Assembly: GCA_965235115.1 (NCBI GenBank)
Contig: OZ249436.1
Span: forward strand, 50,966,001-51,030,000
Length of the DNA: 64,000 nucleotides
DNA from: Laetmonice hystrix
Taxonomy: Eukaryota
Reading direction: 5' to 3'
Shown here: piece by piece, positions 29,108 to 41,900 of the stretch
Position numbering within the stretch: position 1 is the first letter of the stretch
How the letters are laid out: every line of letters begins with the position of its first letter
Position numbers and translations under genes: made by a program
Notes under the pieces: model-generated
What the model was told of the DNA's origin: nothing
The model's database searches: none
The model's input: the letters and a program-made list of their open reading frames with translations, nothing else

Positions 29108-29322
29108 TCGTAATAACGACATACTGTCTAAGTCGTAATAACGATATAGGCCTACTAAGTCGTAATAACGAGATAGCTATGTCATAATAACGACATAGGG
29201 CCTACTAAGTCGTAATAACGAGATAGCTTAGTCGTAATAACGACATACAAAGTCGTAATAACGACATAATAAGTCGTAATAACGAGATAGCTATCCGTAA
29301 TAACGACATACTAAGTCGTAAT
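29108..29322. repeat. Short irregular tandem repeat built on TCGTAATAACGA
   Basis: About 10 copies of (AG)TCGTAATAACGA(C/G)ATA with variable linkers. Confidence 0.85.
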
Positions 29323-29931
29323 ACTCTATAGGCCTATCCATGGCGAGGGGCGGGGGGGGGTAAGGGGGCTTATCCCCCTAAATTCTGGACGATAGACCTA
29401 TGTTATTCCTACTTTTTTTTATCATCCAAGTATGGTAATAATTCTCATATTTTTTAGGCCTAGGCGTAATAATATGTTTTTTCTAGATGATTAGCCCCCT
29501 AAAAGATCCATGGATCGAAAAATGATAGATATAGGCCTACAATGTTTCCCTACACTATTTCCCAAAAATTAAGACTTTTGGAAGTACCAGACTGCCAGCC
29601 GCCAATTACCCTCTGCATGAACTCGAGATGATTCTTGCCAGTGTCAGTGATATATAATACGCTGCCTTTCACTGTTGTTTGAATGGGCCCACGTGATAAC
29701 TAGGTCATGCTGCTATATCGGTACGGTAGGGCCGCGTGTCGATGTGCTGGGCGTCAACACATGCCTCCGTCGTCAGCTTCCCACATCGGTATGTTATAAG
29801 GTTCAGATCTCCAAGGCAACACACTGACACCTCTGGCTGCACATCCCGCCCCAAGTCACTCGGCGTATATTCCGTATCCCGGGTAATTATTCAGTGTTAC
29901 TGCTGCATGGTCGCTTCCCCTACACGATATC

Positions 29932-32900
29932 ATGGACGACTACGCCACGCTGAAGGCTGACCTCCTTGCGAAGGGCGCGAAGTTTGAAGATGCTGACTTC
30001 CCAGCGGAGGAGAGTTCGTTGGCGTTCACACCGCAGGCGAGCTGGGCTGGGATAACTTGGAAACGTCCTCATGTGAGCTGGTATTAATCTGTAATCTTTG
30101 GGAAGTCGTATGTTGTACAGCATGTAGCCTAGACTATGCTGTGGCAGGGGCGGATCCAGGAATTTGGAAATGGGGGGAGGGGAGCCCATGGGGGGGGGGG
30201 GGGGGGTCCTGCAAGAAAGGAGGGGCGGGTCCAACACGGTTAATTCAACGATGACCTATCAAACACTTTCGCTCGAGGCAGTAGGCCTATCTGTGCTGGT
30301 AGAAAAAGGGTTAAGGGTCAAATTCGCTGTAACCACATTACGTAGTGTAACGATAGTGCACACGAGGCCTACCCATATTATATTTGGATAGCCTATATGT
30401 GATAGGACTAATGTAACATAAGTCATCATAATGTCACATATTTCTGGCCCCGTGTGCTTTCTTTCCGACCATATCATTGTCGACTTGAACATTAAAACCT
30501 GATGGCAATGTTTTGACCCCACCCTTCTCTCCCACTGTGACGAACCGACCCCAGAAACTCCTTGTTATTGTTAAGGCGTTCACATGTTGCACGAATCTGA
30601 CTATAATCCTTCCCAGACCATCCTGTTTCCGAATACTACCGAGGTAGGTTGGGCCAAGAATTTCCGTCCGCAGCTTAATTTATTGACATTTACAAATTTG
30701 TAGGAAAGTTGTAAGATTCCCATTACTTGACATACTGAGTAATAAAAATGACATATTTATGCAGGACCTTTCAAGTATTTAGTGGGAGAGGGGGTATACG
30801 TGTCCCCAGTCACATTAGAGATGATACAACCTATGTCATTTTGTAGGAGATTGTCGACGATCCCAAGTTCCGGTTGGAGGGAGCATCACGATTCGACCTT
30901 AGTCAGGGCGAGCTTGGTGAGTACCCCCCCCCCCCCAAGTATCAGACCCCCCCTCCTCGAAGAGTTCTCAAGGGAAATCTATCATGGATATTTGTGTTAT
31001 AAATATTTTACTATAGGACCCGGTTTCTTGGGGAGTTTGAGTCGAAATTAACTGCTTAGTCTGACGGAGCTTGCGGCGGACAACTTGAGCAGTAAATTGA
31101 GAGCAAGAGTAGACCTCTATAATTATATGACCCAGCATTTTGATGTGCTTTACCAATGTCATTGATAACACAGCTTTCATACGGACATATCTATAAGCCT
31201 ACGTTCGGTACAGGGCTTACCTTGGGCTGCAGACGTTGTGACATATAGTAAGCCTACGTTCGGTACAGAGCTTACCTTGGGCTGCAGACATTGTGATATA
31301 TCTTGTCTCTCGACAGGTAACTGCTGGTTTGTTTCGGCCGCGGCCACGTTGGCCACTCGCCCTGCACTCTTTAAGCGGGTCGTCCACCTCGACCAGTCGT
31401 TTAATGAGGGGGACTGTGCCGGTAGGTTTGACCATATGATTGCCCAAACAAAATCTTGAACCTCTTATTCCAAAGACGTGCCCGGAAGAAAGACGTATAG
31501 GCAGTCATGTTCGTTCAGTTGAAGCTGAGCATTTACAGAGTTATATAATATTTTGTTTTTAGGAATATTCCGGTTCACGTTTTGGCGGTATGGGGCGTGG
31601 CAGGAGGTTGTTGTCGATGACCGCCTGCCCACTAAGGATGATCATCTCGTCTTCTGCTCCAACCGGCAGCATGCCAACGAGTTCTGGCCCGCCCTTATGG
31701 AGAAAGCATACGCCAAGTGAGTATAGGAATGGTGACGGGATACACACCTTGACGTCCCAGGGTAAGCCGACCTGTCCGCTGAGTATGAATCCTCACTCTC
31801 AGGCCCACTCAGACTGTCAAACTGTCTCAAGCTCTCTCACAAGTCTCAGGATGTTTCTCAGACAACCTCCCCGACATTTTACTTTTGGAAAGATTACCGC
31901 CAGCCCCCTCCTCCCCCTTCCGGCACCGAACCCACAGCCCCTCCCTCTGGGTTTGAATCCCCTTTCAGCCGCAATGTGACAAGGTTTGTCCGGAGGCACA
32001 ACCTCCTAATCTAAATCGCAGAATCCAAACCTGTGTTATGCTGAGTACGAGTATGATCCCTGTCCTGCAGGTTGCACGGCTCGTACCTGGCCCTGGAGGC
32101 GGGCTACAGTCACGACGCCCTTGTTGACTTTACTGGAGGAATCGGAGAATTTGTCGACTTTGACGACGACACCGTCAAGACGTTGTTTCGTCTGCTGCGC
32201 CAGTCGAAGCGGATGCGATCCCTCATGTGTGCCTCCATCAAGGTTTGTTTGAGGAATTGTGTTCGGATTGTAAAACTTTCGGATTATTAATCATTTTAAA
32301 AGAGAATCATGAAAGATTTTACAAGAAAGGGCTTCCTGATTTTGAGGTATACGGTTTGAAGAAAGATGTACAAACGAGGTGTATCTGTATTATGATTGTA
32401 ACCTTTGTGTGCCCTTGACCTCAGGTTCCGGAAGGAGGGTCGTATGAAGACAAGCTTGCTAATGGTCTTGTGACTGGGCACGCCTACAGCCTGACTGATG
32501 TCCTGAGGGTGAGAGCTAACAGTGGACCAATACGGGCTTCAGGGGGTTCGACCCCTTAACAATATTTCCAACAAAAATGCATTCCTTTGAGTGAAAAAAA
32601 GAACATTTAGTATATTTTATCGTGTTATCTTTGGTCCATCTCCCAGCAAGCAAAACTTAAGATTCCACCTGCATAGATAACTAGATAGAATTGTGATGTG
32701 AATGATGAAATATTATATTTCGAGACTGGGACTCCCCAGATATATAACAAGTGTTATTGTTTTGTTTAGGTGACAGCCAACGGGAAGAAGGCCCGCTTGG
32801 TAAGGTTACGAAATCCTTGGGGCCACAAGGAATGGAACGGAGCCTGGTCGGACGGGTAAGTATTCTTGCTACTGCGCAGTTTAATAACCTGGGCCCAGTT

Positions 32901-35900
32901 CCTACAATCTTAAGATCTTACTTAAGATTAGCTTCTGATTGGCTGGTCTGCTTGGACCAGCCAATCAGGAACCGGGCCCAGGTGACGCGTTAGGTCGCAT
33001 TCTTATCTTGATACATTTGCCGGTCGGACGGCTAAGGAATTATTCCAGTTTTAACTTTAGTAGCCTGGTATTCGTGATACATTTTAATTGCCTGGTCGGA
33101 CGGCTAAGGAAGTATTCCAGTTTTAACTTTAGTAGCCTGGTATTCGTGATACATTTGAATGGACTGGTTGGAGGGATAAGTAGGAGTGTTCATGATCTAC
33201 AAGTAGTTTAATATCGGTAACCCGGTTGAGAAGGTAGATCGTTTTCATGTTAACAGTTATAGTGCTGCCATCTAGAGTGAAACGAGAGAGATGGCCCTGG
33301 TCGAAGCAGTTGAATTTCATAAAGCAGGCCCGTACGCAGGAGGGGGGGGGGTGCGAAGGGTTCGTACCCACCCACTCCACCCCATCCCCATGTTCCACCA
33401 AGATCTACTTTTTTGAGTAAAAAGTCCTAAATCAAATGCATAGCACAAGCCTACAGATATGAAATGACACAGGCCTCCCTGAGCCGAAAGGTTAAATTTA
33501 TGGGGCCCGCTCCCCAAGGCGTTGCACGTACGGCGCTTTCGGAAGTATGACTGTATAACTTGACATGCATACCGGCAGCAAGCAGAATAGGAAGGAATGA
33601 GGAGAAAGCTATGGTCGACTTGGAATATTAGGTTTGCTAGAACCACACAGCGGCAACATAGCACCGGCGTCATTGGGACGATTGTAATCGATATTTACCT
33701 TCACTCCCGTCACAGGGAATTGGATACGGACTTAAAGAAAGCAATGCTTGTTAAATTAGTAATTACTAACGGCCCCAAAGCAATCAAGACAATGGCATTA
33801 ATGTCTAAATCTGTGACAGCTGCCATTGGCATTATTCGTTTAGAACCGCTGAGCCCCTTTATAAAGCTTTATAGTGTGAGTAAAATCGGTTAAATCCTGA
33901 AATTTCGATGTAGACCTCTATTTTCGCCATTTATTATGATAGGCATATGTACGGTAACGTAAAGCCGGGTATCCACCAAAGCGATGCTTGACACGATTTC
34001 TTGCCGCGATGCGATGATGGATCGTGGCTATATTACAGAACAACCGCCGACTCTATCGACCTATGATAGTTGGATACACTGCTTCTACTGCGGTGAAACA
34101 GTGATTTTATAGGCGTCGGTTAGAGGGGGGGGGAGGGGGAGTTATCTTCTGATCGTCTGCTTTTAATCGATCTCCCGTAATCTTTTACCCTTAAACTTTA
34201 TAATCCCCCCCCCCCCATTTTGGTTGATGGTGCCCTTTTCTGGTTGATGGTACCCTTTTAATAAAGAAGTGTCACCAAAGACGGGCATCACTACGATTGG
34301 GCATTGACCTCTAGGTGCCCTAATGGAATGTTACCCCCCCCCCCCCCACACACACACACACAACCGCGAACAGGTTGCGCCGGCCCTGAAAGGTTGATGT
34401 ACGACGAAGTCAAGGTTATCATATGGCAGTTAGCAACCACCTGTGATTTCATAGCGAGCTAAATTTCGGTATCTTTCGATTGACGATGGTGATTGTGTGT
34501 GATAATATTCAGTTGTTCGAATCGTATCGTGCACAGTAGTGTCAGAACGCGATGATCGTCGGATATAAGACGATGTTCAACGTATCGTGGCAAAGGTTGC
34601 AGCATCTTCGTACAACTCTAAATCATGGCGGGAAAACACTCTTAGTGGAAACCAGGCTTAATGCTAGTCAAACACGCGCTGTCGTGAATCCTGAGGCATT
34701 ACGAGGGTAACGTTTCACGTTACGTCGACCGCTGGCCATGAGAGGGTATTAACTCTTTGATCTCGTGAAAGGTTGTCCCACTTCGCAGTGCCATGAGTAC
34801 AGGCACGGATCGGGGAGGGGGGGGGGGGAGGGGAGGTTCGCCCCTTGGGCTCCAAAGTACCCTTCTTGGCTAACCTTTGCAGGCGCGAATCCAAGGGGGC
34901 CCAGGGGCGCGCTCCTCCTTTTTGAAGAAGTGACACAAATTATTGGTAAGTTAACCCTGAATGCTTCGAGAAATCTCCAGATCGCGGGTAATAGCGGGTC
35001 GTGGTCCGCCTCACGCCTTCGTAGTGCTTTGCAGTGCCGTATCCGCGCCTGTACCAACAAATACGTCAGTAGGTGCCCTTTGAGAAGACCCTGAACCCAG
35101 GATCCGCGCCTGTACCAACAAATACGTCAGTAGGTACCCTTTGAGAAGACCCTGAACCCAGGATCCGCGTCTGTACAAACAAATACGTCAGTAGGTGCCC
35201 TTTGAGAAGACCCTGAACCCGGGATCCGCGCCTGTACCAACAAATACGTCAGTAGGTGCCCTTTGAGAAGACCCTGAACCCGGGATCCGCGTCTGTACCA
35301 ACAAATACGTCAGTAGGTGCCCTTTGAGAAGACCCTGAACCCAGGATCCGCGTCTGTACAAACAAATACGTCAGTAGGTGCCCTTTGAGAAGACCCTGAA
35401 CCCAGGATCCGCGTCTGTACAAACAAATACGTCAGTAGGTGCCCTTTGAGAAGACCCTGAACCCAGGATCCGTGTCTGTACAAACAAATACGTCAGTAGG
35501 TGCCCTTTGAGAAGACCCTGAACCCAGGATCCGTGTCTGTACAAACAAATACGTCAGTAGGTGCCCTTTGAGAAGACCCTGAACCCAGGATCCGTGCCTG
35601 GAGTATATCTTGACTGACTGACATCGAAATGTTACCAGTATCGAGAAGGCCATGTGGCGCATTATGCGTGTTTCTGTTGGAATTATACAATCCCACTTGT
35701 AAATCAAGCCCTAATCTGTATGCATTGCATTTCGAATATCACGGTCTCCTACCTTTCGATTCGAGTTCGGCGGGTATGATAAGAAAATGTAAAAGTCGTC
35801 GGTTATTCTGTCCTACAATATATTGAGGTGTTTATAACTCGCTGTAAAATTTCCACACGAAAGGATCGGAAGCGGTTTCCTATTCTTATACACACAACTG

Positions 35901-38900
35901 TCATGGTTAGGCCTGTACTAAACTTTATTTTCTAAATTAGAAAATGATTTCTATCACTTCCTGTAATTGAGATCATCGAGTACTGCTGCGGAAATGGAGT
36001 TCCAATGTGTTCAGCATTATTCCTGGGAAATTCAAGGTTTTTTTTTTCTTGTAACGGTGTCTGAAACTATTGAAGACTGTTCTCGAACGGGTGTTCTACA
36101 CCACGCAAGAGAGCGCCATGCAACTTGGCCGCAAGAGATTTACATGCCGGAATGGCAGCGTTCAGCGTGTTTTTGTCGACACCTGCTAGTTCCTTCCCTA
36201 TCAAGTATAGAATATCAATGCTTTCAATTACTCATAACATGTGTTAACAGAATCAATATGATGAACATTCAGCGCCATAAAGGACGTCATTGTTCGGGAG
36301 GTAAGCATTAAAATATGACGAGTCCGTTCGATTCTACGCGAGAGACCCTCCCTTTGAGACACATCCTTTTAACATCAGATACCCATGGGTCACGAACTGG
36401 AGGCCCCTACCTCAGATTGCCATGGATAAAGTCACGTCTGAAAGGATTACTCGGGTTCGGCTCAATATAAACCAGTGCCTCCATCCTCCTTGAGTCTTAA
36501 ATCAGGTCTCGACTACTCGATATATTGAATGTAAAGCAGCATTGTCAAATCATTTCTTTGAAACAGATACTTTACAGTAAGAGAGACGATTGAAGTAATA
36601 ATATATTCCGCTCTGGAGTGTTGTCAAATAGTATCAAGTCGTCAAGTCCGAGTCTTGTTCTGCCTATCGAATAACGCAGTGGCGTACATGACCGCCTTGG
36701 AGCGGTAGTCGCCATGTGGTGTAGGCCTACATGATCCCCTTGGAGCGGTAGTCGCCATGTGGTGTAGGCCTACATGACGCCTTGGAGCGGTAGTCGCCAT
36801 GTGGTGTAGGCCTACATGACGCCTTGGAGCGGTAGTCGCCATGTGGTGTAGGCCTACATGATCCCCTTGGAGCGGAAGTCGCCATGTGGTGTAGGCCTAC
36901 ATGATCCCCTTCCAGCGGTAGTCGCCATGTGGTGTAGGCCTACATGACGCCTTGGAGCGGAAGTCGCCATGTGGTGTAGGCCTACATGACCCCCTTGGAG
37001 CGGTAGTCGCCATGTGGTGTAGGCCTACATGATCCCCTTGGAGCGGTAGTCGCCATGTGGTGTAGGCCTACATGACCCCCCTTGAAGCGGTAGTCGCCAT
37101 GTGGTGTAGGCCTACATGATCCCCTTGCAGCGGTAGTCGCCATGTGGTGTAGGCCTACATGATCCCCTTGCTGGGTTGTCGCCATGTGGTGTAGGCCTAC
37201 ATGATCCCCTTGCAGGGTTGTCGCCATGTGGTGTAGGCCTACATGATCCCCTTGGAGCGGTAGTCGCCATGTGGTGTAGGCCTACATGACCCCCCTTGAA
37301 GCGGTAGTCGCCATGTGGTGTAGGCCTACATGATCCCCTTGCAGCGGTAGTCGCCATGTGGTGTAGGCCTACATGATCCCCTTGCTGGGTTGTTGCCATG
37401 TGGTGTAGGCCTACATGATCCCCTTGCAGGGTTGTCGCCATGTGGTGTAGGCCTACATGACCCCCTTGCAGGGTTGTCGCCATGTGGTGTAGGCCTATCA
37501 TGTATCGTGTCTAATATCAGCAGGGATTAGCTTCTTTTAATCGGATTTTTTGGACGGGTTTCCGGGTAATACAGAATCTGAGCCATGCACGCCCCGGTAT
37601 CGAGAAATTGGCCACCTTGCGGCAGGTGGAGAACTCGTCCATGCAAGGATGTTTACCTTGACAAACTTTTCAGGTCGGCCGAGTGGGAGGCGGTGTCGGA
37701 GGAAGAGAAGGCGAAACTTGACCTTCAGACGGCAGACGATGGCGAGTTTTGGTCGGTTTCATGGTTCATACTCCTCTAAAATATGAAATAATCAGTCGTT
37801 AATTATGTATTCGTCAATACAATATTGTTTTTAATCTGGTTATTTTGTCTTTAATATTAAACAACAAAAGAACTAAGCAACAGGAAAATTACATAAAAGC
37901 CGCACAATGTAATTCCGAATCTACATATTGATTCGAGGTATAGTTTCGAAGCATATGATTATTTGGTATAGTTGAGTTAAACGGTATTGAATCGGCACCG
38001 CTCGGTTATAAGTCTGGACATTTTTCAACATTGCAGGATGTCCTTTGAGGACTTCGTAGAAAACTTCCGCACCGTCCAAATCTGTCACCTTGGCCCAGAA
38101 AGTGTCTTCGAAAAGAAGGTAAGAAAATAGTTTAAAGTGTGTGTGTGTGGGGGGGGGGAGCATCCTAATTTTCGAATAGCATTTCTCCCAGAAGCCCTGT
38201 TACAACCGATAATGTAATAACTGACCGATAATGTAATAAAGGTCAAAATTTTATAAATTATTACATTATCATTACATTATCAACACCCTCTCCAACCGAT
38301 AATGTAATAATCGACCGATAGTGTAATAAAATTTCTAACCGATAATGTAATACAATTTTGACTCCGATAATGTAATAATCGACCGATAATGTAATAGAAT
38401 TTCTAACCGATAATGTAATACAATTTTCACCAATAGTGTAATAAGATACGCTAACCGATAATGTAATAAAGTTTGACCGATAATAATAAAGTCAAAAGAG
38501 GGCAAACATCTATCCTGCCTACCTTGGCTTGTTTATTCATGCTTCGTGGCCATGAACATGAGTATCGAAATTGGCCATCGTTTGTTACATGTAGGCCTAC
38601 GAAGGCCCTAACCCTAACCCTAACCCTAAGTAACCCTAACCCTAACCCTAACCCTAACTAACCCTAACCCTAACCCCAACCCCTCCCTCTGTAACGCTTT
38701 GTAACGGAACCCTACATACCCAACCACCCCCCAAGCGTTACGTAATTTATGGACAGCCCCCAAGGCAGGGTAGAGATTTGCCTCTTCACTTTATTACATT
38801 ATCGGTCAAGATGGTATTACATTATAATAGCGTATTTTATTACATTATCCGTCAAAATTGTATTACAATATCGGTTAGCAATTTTTCCCGAATTTTATTA

Positions 38901-41900
38901 CACTATCGGTCGATTATTACATTATCGGTTGGAGAGGGTGTTGATAATGTAATGATAATGTAATAATTTATAAAATTTTGACCTTTATTACATTATCGGT
39001 CAGTTATTACATTATCGGTTGTAACAAGTCCTCGAACACAGAACCGGTTGCGTAGTGCATGATGGGAATTTATTGCGTCAGCCCGACGACAACGAGGCAG
39101 CTTCTGAATCGATGGTTTTTATTGGTGATAACATTGAAAGATGGCAGTATTTACCGTTTTACGTCAAGTTCTTGGACTCATGGCAGCCGACAACACCGAG
39201 GTTGCTGTTGCCTATGTAACAGGCCCCTATCGAGCGTCATGCACGGTTGTTTAAGGGTCACGTGACGGAATTCCTTTCTCAAATTCAAATGTCACATCGG
39301 CGTCGAAGGGATCATGGCTATTTATCGATTGCCATTTTCAAATGAAAACTAGGTAGACATACATGTGCTTCCGTTGAACACGTCAGGTACAACAGATGAT
39401 CTCAAAACGGATCTTAGACACACGATGGCACTGATAGGTAAGAACTGATTGTTTTCTGATGTTAGGATACTTTCTCCACACGTTAAGAAGTTCCCATGAA
39501 CTGCCTGAGACGTACCTCTACTCGACCGGAAATTTCGCCAAATTTTATTTCCGAGAGAAGCTGCATGTGATAAATCAAATGCCATATTTTGGGGTAATTT
39601 AGCCTTCATAATATTCTCTCAATCTAAAAGGCCGATCAGTCACCAGGGGCACCTTTACCACTTTTGAGGAGGTTTAGGCTGAGTATTAAAAAAATCCTTT
39701 ACTTTTGTATTTATCCCTGTGCCTTTAGCAGCGAATAGGCAAAGTTGTGATAGAAAATTGATCAGATTTTCAAACGGTTGGAGGCCCTACACCTATTGCA
39801 ACACTATCACGGGCAGAGTAATGAAGTACATGAGTATAGAATTGTTGTCTTCATCCTCTGTTTGTTGACTCCGCCATGCAGGACTGTCGCCAGTGGTGCA
39901 GCTCCGTCTACCACGGGTCATGGGTCCGGGGGTTGACGGCAGGAGGGGCAGGCCTGCCCCCCGACCAAGGTAAACACCACCCTGTCCCAGTCTTAAAAAG
40001 GTTTTTGATAAATTTGAGAATTGTACTTCCCAGTATTAGCCATAAGCAATGCCACTAGAGCGTAGGTCGAGCATGCTTTATAATTTGAACTGTTTATAGA
40101 AGCCACCTCACTGAACAATAATTACAGATAAGTATTGGATGAACCCTCAGTACTTCGTTCGTCTGACTGAAGTTGACGAGTTGGAATCGGAGAGTTGTAC
40201 GTTGGTGGTGTCCCTCATCCAGAAATACCGGCGACAGCTCAAGACTGTTAAACAAAGCCAGGAAGACTTCGAGGAGGCGATCGCCTTCGACATTCTGACG
40301 GTACGTGTACAACTCGAGGGGGGTCGAGCTGAGTCGAGTCACGTCACAGTTAGACGGGAGACATTTGGTATAGCGGAGATGACTTGCGTCAGCTACTGAT
40401 AGCTCACGGTTCTGATGGAGGTAAACCCGCAGATTAAAACCGGACTGAACTGCCGAGTAGTATGACAGGGTCAGACTTGGGATGAGTTTCGTGCTCTGGG
40501 TTCCGTACAGATGTGAATAAATTCACTGGGTGGGGTTACCCCGTGTTGGTCTGACAACACCAGAGCTCTGTCCAGAGAAGATCGTAATCAAATAACGGTT
40601 CTCTTCACACGTTCAGTTTTCCACCCTGTACCGCAGGCTCCAGTAAACCTAAATAGAGGTTAGCGGTCCCCAGGGCATTATGCCATACAAAATTTCGCAT
40701 TCCGATGGCGGGGGAGTTGGCTTGGGCGTTCATACATTAATCTTTGTGTATGGACTCGGGACTCGAGGAGGAGGAGGAGGAGGAGGAGGAGGAGGAGGAG
40801 GAGGAGGAGGAGGAGGGCCCGTTCTTCTGTTTCACCAGCAAAGCCTTTTTTAGGAAGTAAAAGTTGCCCGGGGGGTGGGGGGTTAAATTATTCTGTTTCA
40901 CCACTGAAACCTTCTTTAGGAAGGTGACAGTGGCGGAATTGGCCCGGGAGTTGATACCTTATGCTGTACGAATGGGTGCAGTAATCTTGGGACTGCGGTT
41001 CGTCCAGTGGGGTGCTCCACAATTATCTTTTTCCCAACATTCTAACCGTGAACAGGGTTACGCCTGACACCCGTTTAAAGTGAGCAGTCTTTATCTTTCC
41101 TATAAAAAAATCACTGACTCACTCAGCGTATTGACTGTCCGGCAGTTCAAGAACGATAGCCCGCAGGAGGTGGACGGCCAGCATTACGACGAGACGGTCC
41201 TCCGTCAGGAGAGGAAGATGTACCGGTATGAGTACCTCCGTGAACGGTCGGCCCGTTTCGAGCTGGACCCGGGTACCTACTGTATCATCCCGTGTACCTA
41301 CAAGGCTGACACTGAGGCCGAGTTCATGGTCCGGATAGCAACCGTCAAACCGGCACAATCAGGGTGAGCACATCGTGGCAGAGTGAACGGGGACAAAATT
41401 GGGATTTAATTGGTCAAGATATTTCAACGTCTCCTCATAATGTGGTTCCCTTTTGGTTTCAGGGAGCTGGACTCGGTATCTGGACCGTCTGTCGAGGTTT
41501 GTATATAGGTTGAGACGATACCCAAGCTGTGTAATGCGTGCGGCAATAATCTATAGTTCAAGTTCCCATTATTACAACAGAATTAACTCTTGTTTAAATA
41601 CTGGAGACCGACCAGGAGGTATTGTCCATCCACCTGCAGAGGGACGTGTTTTTCAAAACTTAACACAGGAACTGAAAAACCGCGTACGGTACGTGGTAGA
41701 TCTACGTCCGGTAAGTGTGTTTTGAAGGATCCCTAGGTATGTGCTGAAATGATGGAAGCACTCGGGCAGTAAGAATAGTCCACGTAATAATATTTATGTA
41801 CAGCAGGGAAACCAAACCGCCAGACCTCCTCGCTCAGAACATTATCGTCCGTTTTATTTAAGCCCGCGGCCAAGGCGCCGGTGGCACGTAAGTTCGACCG

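Noticed and set aside
38606..38682. (CCCTAA)n as a true telomere or chromosome fusion site
   Set aside because: Short, interrupted, single orientation and embedded within a TIR element in an intron.
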